This document shows, piece after piece, positions 1 to 10,012 of a stretch of DNA of 64,000 bases (the stretch's first letter is position 1; each line of letters begins with the position of its first letter). A program made the translations under genes and the position numbers. The DNA lies in NCBI GenBank assembly GCA_964057225.1, contig OZ059896.1, positions 12,772,001 to 12,836,000 of the forward strand. Reading direction: 5' to 3'. The notes below the pieces were generated by a model. The model searched no databases. It was given only the letters and a program-made list of their open reading frames with translations, and was not told the DNA's origin. The DNA is from Auanema rhodensis (taxonomy: Eukaryota > Animalia > Nematoda).

Positions 1-1747
1 ATGCCCAAACGAGCCACGCTTAGAAAATGAGGCTGACATAACACGTTTTTCACTCCTACCCAGATTGATTGCTTTAGAGACATTTCTGTCTTATCTCATT
101 ATATTCTCTACTTTGACTTTGATTTTTCTAAAATTTCATTAATGTAAAATTCAAAATATCATTTCTTGTGATCAGATTGTTAATCGTTATATCTGTAAAC
201 GTTTCTCCCGAAATAGCAAGTAGAGTGTTCAGTTGTACTCACTTAACAAAGAAAGTAGAAGAACATATATATTTAGAGCAAAAAAAGTGCGGAAAAGTCG
301 TTATCTCGTTAACATCAGTTTCACTGTTCAAAACTCTGTTTATTGTCACTCCACTTGCTATTTCGAGAGAAACGTTTACAGATGTATATGAATATTTACT
401 ACACTAGCAAGCAGAAGAAAACCTTATACTAGTTCATTGTTTTTTTTTTAATTTTTTTCGGTATATTTATTTTTTCACTGTCAAATCGGCAAGCACCTGT
501 TGCACATGTGCGAGCTGTTCGAGTGACCGATGCCCAAACGAGCCACGCTTAGAAAATGAGGCTGACATAACACGTTTTTCACTCCTACCCAGATTGATTG
601 CTTTAGAGACATTTCTGTCTTATCTCATTATATTCTCTACTTTGACTTTGATTTTTCTAAAACTTCATTAATGTATAATTCAAAATATCATTTCTTGTGA
701 TCAGATTGTTAATTGTTATAACTGTAAACGTTTCTCTCGAAATAGCAAGTAGAGTGTTCAGTTGTACCCACTTAACAAAGAAAGTAGAAGAACATATATA
801 TTTAGAGCAAAAAAAGTGCGGAAAAGTCGTTATCTCGTTAACATTAGTTTCACTGCCCAAAACTCTGTTTATTGTCACTCTACTTGCTATTTCGAGAGAA
901 ACGTTTACAGATGTATATGAATATTTACTACACTAGCAAGCAGAAGAAAACCTTATACTAGTTCATTGTTTTTTTTTAATTTTTTTCGGTATATTTATTT
1001 TTTCACTGTCAAATCGGCAAGCACCTGCTGCACATGTGCGAGCTATTCGAGTGACCGATGCCCAAACGAGCCACGCTTAGAAAATGAGGCTGACATAACA
1101 CGTTTTTCACTCCTACCCAGATTGATTGCTTTAGAGACATTTCTGTCTTATATCATTATATTCTCTACTTTGACTTTGATTTTTCTAAAATTTCATTAAT
1201 GTAAAATTCAAAATATCATTTCTTGTTATCAGATTGTTAATCGTTATATCTGTAAACGTTTCTCTCAAAATAGCAAGTAGAGTGTTCAGTTGTACCCACT
1301 CAACAAAGAAAGTAGAAGAACATATATATTTAGAGCAAATAAAGTGCGGAAAAGTCGTTATCTCGTTAACATCAGTTTCACTGCCCAAAACTCAGTTTAT
1401 TGTCATTCTACTTGCTATTTCGAGAGAAACGTTTACAGATATATATGAATATTTACTACACTAGCAATCAGAAGAAAACCTTATACTAGTTCATTGTTTT
1501 TTTTAAATTTTTTTCGGTATATTTATTTTTTCACTGTCAAATCGGCAAGCACCTGCTGCACATGTGCGAGCTATTCGAGTGACCGATGCCTAAACAAACC
1601 ACGCTTAGAAAATGAGGCTGACATAACACGTTTTTCACTCCTACCCAGATTGATTGCTTTAGAGACATTTCTGTCTTATCTTATTATATTCTCTACTTTG
1701 ACTTTGATTTTTCTAAAATTTTCATTAATGTAAAATTCAAAATATCA
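1..1747 (+). repeat. Tandem repeat, about 3.3 units of 528-529 bp; tRNA-less derivative of the tRNA-Gln repeat unit
   Basis: atgcc(c/t)aaac recurs at 1, 530, 1058 and 1586. The sequence matches the tRNA repeat spacer, but the tRNA-bearing part is replaced by a 37-bp inverted copy. Confidence 0.95.
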
Positions 1748-1858
1748 ACTAAATGTCTCTTCTTGACATTTTCGGCCATGTTCAGATATTTGAGGGTGGA
1801 GAGCTTAACATATGACACTGATGAGCCTGCATCCCATTAAGCTAAAATCAGTTTATCT

Positions 1859-4842
1859 TCAACTGATATACATATATATTAATGGTAACTTTGTTTCCGC
1901 TGATGCAATAGAAGCAACAAATGGTATTGCGATTGGAATAAATGTTACTAAAGCAAGATAGTATTGCTTCATGATGTTATCTGGCATCTGTTGGTCTGGG
2001 CGGCTTACAAGTTCCAATGTTTCTTCATAGCCTGGGGGCTCATTATCTATTTCGTGGACATGCATTACGGTTAGTGGAGTGGCTCTGAAGAACCAAAATT
2101 TAGCAACAACGAGAAGAATTATTAATACTGCGGCAATCGTGACTATTGATCCTATGAAGATTAGTGTTCTCTCAATTGATCCTATTAGAAATTGTTTTAC
2201 ACTAGTCCAGGCGGAAGTTGTGAATTCAGCTGCTTTAGAGATATAGTCACTGCCCTTTTTCAAAAGATTAAAGGCTGACGTAATTTTTGGATCGTTGTGA
2301 ATAGTATGTAAAACATGGTTCTGTCGTATGGATGCTAAACTTGCTCCATATGCAATAGCTGTTGACATTGAGTAAACTCTCAATAATAAATTGGTGTATA
2401 AGTTAGCGCCTGTGAACTTTAAAGGTGTTAATTGGTGGTATTGCGCTTTATCAAAGAGTGATATTGGTTTTACTTCAACCGATCCATTTATATTTATCCA
2501 TTCTCCATTTTGATAGTACACATCTGTTGGTACATGTTCGCAATCTATCTCTTTTCCATGTGTTAATAAGTCTCTTGATCCTGGAGCAGCAAAATATAAT
2601 CTCTCATCTTCTGTTATTACTGGTGTTTCCTAATAGCATGTATCATTGATCTTATGATTATGATAAACAGCTTTAGGTTGAAGAGGTAGGCATATATGAA
2701 CATGAACTATATCGCTGCCTACGAAACGGGCTGCAATATCCTCTCTTCCTAAAATAGTCCTCATTGCTATTGTGGGTTCTATGTGTAAAATAGAACGCCA
2801 TAGCTCGAGGTATCTATTTTGAATCTCACATATGGATTCATAAGATTCCATAAAATGTTTCTGTAGCTCTTCTTGTATGAGTGTTGTTGTATATTGTAGA
2901 TGATCTTGAGCTATTCTGCGAGATACGTTGAGGTTGAATTGTATTTCGTTGTTCACTTTTGACGCTGTATACGTTGCCCGAGCCTGAATTTTTCTGGTTT
3001 CTACGGGTGGAGATGATGTTCTTTGTTTCCTTAAGGTTCGTGACGCCGTGTCAGTGACTGTTGCTAATGTTGTTGGCGAGAGAGTCGTAGTTATCACGGC
3101 TGTTGTCGTGTCAACTGTGGTTGTCGTCGGAATCCGAGTCGTATAGCTTATAGTTGTCTCCTGAACTAGTGAAGCGGGTTTGTCCGTTGTTGTCGTTAAT
3201 GACAGTCTTCTAGTCAGATAAGGCGGTGTTTCAATATCCTCTAACAGTGGTAAAAATGTTTTTATAAGTAGCTGGCGTGTATCCGCGCTTGGAGTTTGAA
3301 TGCGAGGGTGGGGGCCTATCGATATACCGTAGTTAGAATCTTTATCTCGATATAGTTTGTTGGTATCTGGCACATTGATTGTTAATTGTCGGAACTTTTC
3401 ATCATCTACGGCTGCTGCTGTTTTATTTGGCCTTATTACTCGCATCAAGTTATGGTATAAGTAAAGAGTATTTCTAAGTACTATACGCTCATCAGCATTG
3501 TCAGTTGTTAAAGTTGGTCGGATAGGCGGCATGTTCACAAAGGATTTTAAAACCTCTTGCCTTGATGGTACCGACAGATTGTTTTCAAATATTACCGGTG
3601 TATAAGCTAGCTCCATCGCTATGCTTTCGGCTCTTTCACGGTAGGATCCGTCCTTTTCTAGTAGTTTTTCGTCAAATTCGTGTGCTGTTAATCTGTCACC
3701 TATCTGTTCTAATAATTGTTGTGAGGTTAAATACCGTATAGCGCCGCGAGTGGTTGCTGCCAGTTCCTTTTGCGCAAGAAAATAAAGTATTGCTTCCTCA
3801 GGGTCGTGTATTTCGTATGTTTGAAGGAAACGTTGTATGGATACTATCAGATACGGGACTTCTTAAGAAGAAGTAAAACTTCTCGGGATGTGCTGAAACC
3901 CAATCAATAATTGAATATGAAGGGTTGACAGCTCGTCTGGCCTTTATAAGCGGTATTATCTGATAAATACCAGGATTACTCATCACGGGTCGTAAGAAAG
4001 GATAAGGACAAATATTTAATATTAAAGTTTCAAAATCTTCCTGTTTTTGCATCCACTCCTTGTTTAATTCAACCGTGCATTCCGCAATTGCTCTTTTATC
4101 TCTTTTCGCCGGAAGTTTCTTATATTCTCTCTCTATTAAAACATGGATATTGGTGTCATTTGGGTACTGTGGTAAGAGAATGTAATTGCCAGTTGTGGTG
4201 TGGAAGATTGGCTGTTAGAAACAAGAAGATATTTGCTTCGGTATCTCTTTTTGATCGATTACAAGGGCTGATTGAGTGGTTGGTAACAGAATAATGCCAT
4301 CGATATTCATAAGGCTGTTTCTCCCATATGATGATTGAAGTATCTGATGCACATTCTCCATGATGCGCTAAGCATCCTTCAGTATTTAGTATTAAATTGG
4401 AGATTATAGTTTCATCTGGCATCCGTGTCATAACCCCTCTTTTGATAACCAATCTAGCTTTCTCTTTACATAGTTCATTATTAAAAGATCGGCCTGGCGA
4501 GAAGGAAGGCTCGTCAGTTGCATATGTTATGCTGTCGATCTTCTTTAATTCACTCCAATTCCATCTTCTATCTCTCACTGCCAGTCTGCATTCTGCAGCT
4601 GGTATCTTTTCAATTCTCGCTATCGTTGTATTGGTATTTCTAAGGAACAAAAGGTCTCTGATATACATTTTATGAATTTCTTTGGAGCATCTCCATGCAT
4701 CCCATTCATGTGCCGTTTGATTCCTTGTATAAAGATGAACTTTTGTTCGTTAGATATGCTTTATTGGTGGTAATAAGCATTTTCGGAGAGATGGGGGACG
4801 GAGAAGGGCTCCTCCAGTAGCTTTAGTACATAGCTGGTATGC
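1859..4842 (-). pseudogene. env: gB-like (class III) envelope region of element A, with stops and frameshifts
   Basis: ORF pieces 4156-4668, 3798-4052, 2630-3616 and 1859-2521 align to D env (QDHLQY..ICEIQNRYLELW..CY, TM segment, PPGY). Confidence 0.85.
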
Positions 4843-6807
4843 TTAGGCTGTTGTAACCAGTGATAAGATTACTGATAAAGCTACGGCTAAAGTCAAACGA
4901 GATATCAGAGTCAAATTATTGACTCTTGAGCCTCTACCTCTGCCTCTATTGTTGTTATTTCCCCTAAAGGTACTGTTATTTCTCTGTCTATTATTGCTCA
5001 TTTCTTGATTTTGTGATGCATTGTGGCTTCTTTGATACCCATTTTGATTTTGATTCTGATAATTTCGACCGCGGTCACCAAAATTGCGGTTCCTAGCAAA
5101 TGGGTTTTGGAAATTCCAGCCTTTTTGATTTTTTGAAAATTTATGATAATTTTGATTGTTTTGAAAATTTGGATGATAATTGTTATGATTATTATAATTT
5201 TGATAATTTTTATTATTAAAAGATTGATAACCTCTTGCCATACCTCTCCCACCATTGTTTCTGCGCGGGGGGAAAGTTCTTTCAATTGCGTTAACCAATA
5301 GCGCCTGAGGGTCTGCTACTTGGTTTGCAATTGATTCCTCCCAGCGAGCACTATCAACAGCCTCAGCAAAAGTTTTGGGTTTTGCTCGAATTACCCCTGG
5401 GCGTATCGTATTTTTCAAGCCTCTCAAAAATGTGGACCTCAGAATGTGATCTTTATGAGTATCACTATTAGAGAAAGCATTTAAGCTGAGGTTTCTTAAC
5501 GTTTGTGCGAAACCATCAATTGATAAATCGCCTTGAGTGCTGTTTTGAAGTGTGATAAGAGCTGGGTCTTGATTGTATTCGGGACACAGCTTGGATGTTA
5601 ACTCTTCTATTAGGGTAACCCAAGGTCCAGCTGTTCTGACCTTGTCAGGTAGCTCTAAATAAGCTTCCTCTGCTCTATCATTTTTCAATAGTAATGGTAA
5701 AATAGTTAGTCTTTCGGGCATCACTAAGCCTAAGGCGTTAGAAAAGGTATTAAACTTTGCCACGAAATCTCTAAAGTTACGACTTCCGTCGTATATGGGG
5801 CAATAAGGTGAGCTTAATGCGTGCGCAATGGTAGATTTACCAGCTCCCGGAAGACGAGCTGAGCTTCTCGCCGTTAAATTCTTACCTCCCTTTTTCGAGT
5901 TACCAGATGTTGGATAACTAATGGTAGGGGCGGCTGAGGAGAACCGCTTCCCTGGGAGTTTAATAACTCGACTCGTTGCCTGAGGCGTCGAATGTATTGA
6001 AACGCTTGAGCTGGGTATAGCGCTGTCTGACTTATTAAGGGTTGGGTTGGAGGATACGTGAAGAGAGTTATCAACTTGTTCTGTTGTTACCTCCCCTGGA
6101 GACAAATTCAAAACTTTTATTAAGCGAGCTGTTAAAGATTTCTTACTTTTGAACTTATCAGTAGTTAGTGATAAGGGCAAAACTTCGGTAATTTCCTGAT
6201 TTGGTTCTACGGGATTATTAGAGGTGGAGCGCCTACGCCGTGTATTAGTTTTTCTTTTATTAATCTTTTTAGAATCAAGCTTTTTCGAATCAAGCTTATC
6301 AGTGATAACTGATAAGGGTGATTTGCGAATAGTGAGAGATGAGGTTTTATTAAGTTGTGAGTTTTCTATCGGAGTGGAAAATGCCTGCGGTGTTAGAGTT
6401 AGTTCAAAAGAAGATGCAAGATTGTTATCAGTATTAACTGATAAAGTTGATAAGTTTAGGTGGGGGGTGGCTGGTGAAGTATTAGAGGTTATTTGTTTTG
6501 GTTTTTGAATTTTTTGAATCTTCTTATTACTTTTAAAAGAGTGTACCTTTGGAGTTGAAGCTGAAGTTTGAATATTGTAGTCCTGAATATAGAAATCAGG
6601 GTCCTCCTCGGTGTTGTCCGGAGGTGAATACGTGCCTTCTCGAGGAATGAAGGTTTTCTCGACTTTGGGTTTTACCTCTTGTTCAGGCTCTTCAATCTGA
6701 ACACTGAGGAGTCGTGTGCGGCTTCTGGTTCGACTGGCGACTGCGATATCGTCACTGGACTCAGAAGGGTATAGAGCAGGGACGGCCGAAGAGTATCTTT
6801 GTGCCAC
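4843..6807 (-). CDS. gag: Gag of element A (disordered N-terminus, capsid-like domain, N/R/G-rich tail, then env signal peptide); ends at a premature stop
   Basis: PYCPIYDGSRNF..ILRSTFLRGL..ARWEE is near-identical to D gag; hydrophobic LAVALSVILSLVTTA at the end. Confidence 0.85.
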   Translation of the reverse strand: MAQRYSSAVPALYPSESSDDIAVASRTRSRTRLLSVQIEEPEQEVKPKVEKTFIPREGTYSPPDNTEEDPDFYIQDYNIQTSASTPKVHSFKSNKKIQKIQKPKQITSNTSPATPHLNLSTLSVNTDNNLASSFELTLTPQAFSTPIENSQLNKTSSLTIRKSPLSVITDKLDSKKLDSKKINKRKTNTRRRRSTSNNPVEPNQEITEVLPLSLTTDKFKSKKSLTARLIKVLNLSPGEVTTEQVDNSLHVSSNPTLNKSDSAIPSSSVSIHSTPQATSRVIKLPGKRFSSAAPTISYPTSGNSKKGGKNLTARSSARLPGAGKSTIAHALSSPYCPIYDGSRNFRDFVAKFNTFSNALGLVMPERLTILPLLLKNDRAEEAYLELPDKVRTAGPWVTLIEELTSKLCPEYNQDPALITLQNSTQGDLSIDGFAQTLRNLSLNAFSNSDTHKDHILRSTFLRGLKNTIRPGVIRAKPKTFAEAVDSARWEESIANQVADPQALLVNAIERTFPPRRNNGGRGMARGYQSFNNKNYQNYNNHNNYHPNFQNNQNYHKFSKNQKGWNFQNPFARNRNFGDRGRNYQNQNQNGYQRSHNASQNQEMSNNRQRNNSTFRGNNNNRGRGRGSRVNNLTLISRLTLAVALSVILSLVTTA

Positions 6808-7223
6808 TTTGGAATCACTCTTGGTTTGGAAAAACCGCGAGTGTTTCGTTATATGGGAGATGTTGACGTTGAATGAGTGACAAGAAATTCAGGTCGGTTA
6901 TAGGGAAAAGTAAAAAAAGTTTGAAGATTGAGACGTGGCGTCTTTCGCCGAGAATCGTTATTAGATGAGAAAGAGTTTTAAAATCTTGGCCTGAGATCTG
7001 GCTCCGCCTATCTACCGTATTCTCTTTTCTTTATTCTTTTTCACAGATGTTCATCAGTTATAAATTTTGTTGGTCTTCGCTCTTTCCAGCCTCAATCTTA
7101 ATACTTTACTCTAATTGAATTCTTGAAAGTATGAGAGAGATTTTCAGTCGTTTTATGTCCCCTTTTTATGCATAAGATTCTTTATATTTGTAGAGCTGAA
7201 GAAGAAAAAAAAATAATCAAAGA

Positions 7224-7763
7224 ATGGCTTATGAAGGTCTATCGGGAATGACTTTTGTCTTGAGAAAGCTGTACGCTGACCTCGTCTTGTATGATCAAGA
7301 CGAAGTGTTAGCTTATAGGCCTCACCCAGATATGATTAAGATGGTTGGTTAAAACAAAGAAACATGTTATATTAATAATAAAAAAAAATTTTAGTTTATC
7401 GAGGATTTAAAAATGCATTATCTGGGGAGGGGATTAGTGAATTTCTCCCTAATGCAAGAAATAGCGGATGAGGTTGCAGCTATTGGGCGATGGTGCCTCA
7501 CCGATTTGTGCGCGCATTGGTATGAGAACCCCAATTTAATCGCATCCCCTTGGAATTGGTATGAGCATAAGCCTCATGATTTTTATGATTATATGTCTAA
7601 AATTTTGTTTAAAATTTATTTGTTTTATGAACAGTCTCCTATGGGCTTATTGCTAAGGACCTCTGCGGATTCAGTGTATTCGCAGTATTTAGAGCCTAGC
7701 AATGAGCCCATCTCACAGCCTATAGAATTTGTGAGACAGTTGCATTTTAAATGGGGCTTTTAA
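7224..7763 (+). CDS. Putative two-exon antisense gene in the leader of element A (exons 7224-7343 and 7395-7763; 162 aa; unknown function)
   Basis: ATG at 7224 opens 40 codons. A 51-nt AT-rich intron (gttggt..ttttag, 7344-7394) joins them in frame to the 7413-7763 ORF. AATAAA at 7780. Confidence 0.65.
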
Positions 7764-8722
7764 CAATTGTTTTATATATAATAAATACTTAATTTCACTC
7801 ATTTGTTCTCTCTCTCTCTTTTTTTTTCATAACACAAACTTTGGTCGAGCTTATTAATAAAAAAGGAGTGCGTGCGCCTTGGGAAAATGGCTCATGTGCA
7901 CGTTGATTATTAAAAGCCGTGGGCGATTGTTTTCCGGAATGATTTTGGCATGCTAATGAGATTCCGAGAATATTTAAAAAGATTGCTCATTTTACTAATG
8001 GACTGAGACCAAAGCTCGTTTATAAAACGCAATTTTTTTCTTTAAACCATTTCACTAATTTATAGAATATTACAATATGAAGACTACGGTAGGTGTGTGG
8101 GAATATCTTATGATGTTAGCAACAAAAATGAGCTGAGGAAGGTGACACATTCTACGGAGAAGAAAACATCCGTAGCCCATGTGCTTTCGCCAAAATGACC
8201 TGACAGGCAATAAAATTTGTGCCAGGATTTTTCGGACTAGTGTGGTCTATTCTCACAATCAAAAAAAAAATAAAAACCGAATAACGGCTCCCGCAAAAAT
8301 ATTTAGTTAGCATGCTCTTTTACGCCTGAATTTAACTTTCAAATCTCTAGTCCTGACCACAATAAAATATTAAACTTTGTGCGCTTTCAAAATTTCATTC
8401 TAACTCCTCGTTGCCAAATAATAATGAAATCAAAATTTCGTTTGGTGAAATTGTCCCCTATTTTGATCCAAACGTCCTCAAAAAAAAATGCAAGAGAAGC
8501 GGTGCAGGATACGGTATTATAAGGGTGGACACTCAGACGGTTTTATGAGTGGGGACAGCGGGTAAAATTTCAAAATTATATAGTCCTAGCTCTCTAAAAG
8601 AGAGATCCCTTGTACCTGCACCTTATACAAGTTGGCGCCCTCATTATGTTGCTAACCGTGGAGGAAATTTTAATTTAGATATCAAAATATGGACTTTTTA
8701 TGCGAGTTTTTGCGACAAAAAT

Positions 8723-8743
8723 GAGTTCGAGGTGGAACCTCCA
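8723..8743 (-). promoter_or_regulatory. Primer-binding site of element A (tRNA-Gln, possibly bipartite)
   Basis: Minus strand TGGAGGTTCCACC-TCGAACTC directly after the LTR; complementary to the tRNA-Gln 3' end plus CCA. Confidence 0.88.
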
Positions 8744-9109
8744 CGTTCCATTATGCTCCTACGTATATTGAACAGACCATTGTAGTCTGCTCAACTACGC
8801 GTATAGTATTCCATAAGTGTAGCGGTATGGAAACAGAGCATAAGGATTACATAAGATAAGGAAATAAATAGGTTTATTATACACAATACAATATCATTAC
8901 AATACAATAACACAAGGATAAAGTAAACTACATTTACAAGACAAAGACTAATATATAAGATTAACTAAGTTAGGTGCAAACCGTCCATGGGCTTGCGAAG
9001 GGGCGAACTCCCGAATAGGGGCATGAGGGAAGGCGGTGCTATTCTACATTCCTCTACTCGGTCTGGCTCTAACCCTGCAGTTACATATATAGAGTCTTCG
9101 AATGGAACG
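8744..9109 (-). repeat. 5' LTR of element A (366 bp, CGTTCCATT...AATGGAACG)
   Basis: Terminal inverted repeat; abuts the PBS on one side and 5S spacer sequence on the other; ends resemble the D LTR. Confidence 0.85.
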
Positions 9110-9455
9110 ATGTTAGTTATGTAATTTTCCACGTTCCATCTGGATCCCTCTATAATATCAAATCTTATGAACTCCAAATACAATGAATTGAAAAAAGTTT
9201 CACAGTTGTATAGTGTTTAAACAATGTTTGTTTCAATAGAAAATAGAAAGAAACAGTAAAGTTAAGATGAAGGTTCATAAACTACTGGTTTATAAATGTA
9301 ATATAGAAATAAGATTGAAGATATTTTGATGCCTTGGGTTGAGCTATCTAAGTAAAACTGTTCCGTAACAAATGTTTTCTGGAAAATTAAAAACATTTGT
9401 TACGGAAGAGATAAAATTGAAAATCAGCTGCATGGCGTTCTTTCAACGTGGCATG
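9110..9455. repeat. 5S rDNA spacer remnant
   Basis: Matches 14365-14517 plus 28397-28575, and 32939-33123, which flank 5S sequence. Confidence 0.8.
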
Positions 9456-10012
9456 CGTTCCATTTAGATTCCCAATGGTTCCAAGTTGAGAGATCCAAAC
9501 AGACTATGAGAAGATGAGTATGATTTTAAATATATGTGTGTAATGTAAGGTGAAATAAGAAACAAGAGATGAAATACATAAAGGTTTATTGTTCGCATTA
9601 TAATATAATTATACAAAGATTTTAAGCAAGAGTTAAGAAAGAAAATATAAAGAAATGATGATGAGATAAAGAGAAAATAAGATAATGAGATAATGAGATG
9701 CCTGAGTCTTGAGGACTCAGGTTTATATATCCATACAACTCCTACTCAGTTTACACAAAATATTACAAAGCTTATAAAAAGTGCATCTAGAATATTCTCA
9801 GAATTGCTTAAAAACTATCTGCATTAGTTTTATAATAGCAGCTGCCATGGTCAGCTGCTTTCCTTTGAGATATGTATGTAACATGCCCCAACGGATACAA
9901 GTCAGCTGACCTCAGCTGTTATATGCAAATAATAATTAAGAGAGAAAAATAAAAAAATAAAAAAAATAAATTGGCATGAGATAAAGCAAATTTTTTTCAA
10001 CAAACTATTGAT
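9456..10012 (-). mobile_element. 3' LTR (9456-9883) plus 3' UTR fragment of a B-family element
   Basis: Reverse complement of about 27873-28396. Confidence 0.92.

Larger units (their letters stand above)
1748..9109 (-). mobile_element. Element A: Ty3/Gypsy-type gag-env-pol LTR element, 3'-truncated within protease, degenerate
   Basis: 5' LTR 8744-9109, PBS, gag, gB-like env and a WDAGSSVSY protease motif near 1810-1836. Colinear with intact element D. Confidence 0.92.

Noticed and set aside
168-1733. Recurring 60-100 aa ORFs (MIRLLIVISVNV..., MGSETDVNE..., MMKIEQDSS...) here and in other repeat blocks
   Set aside because: Products of an AT-rich tandem repeat; mostly non-ATG starts, present on both strands, and some read through tRNA genes.
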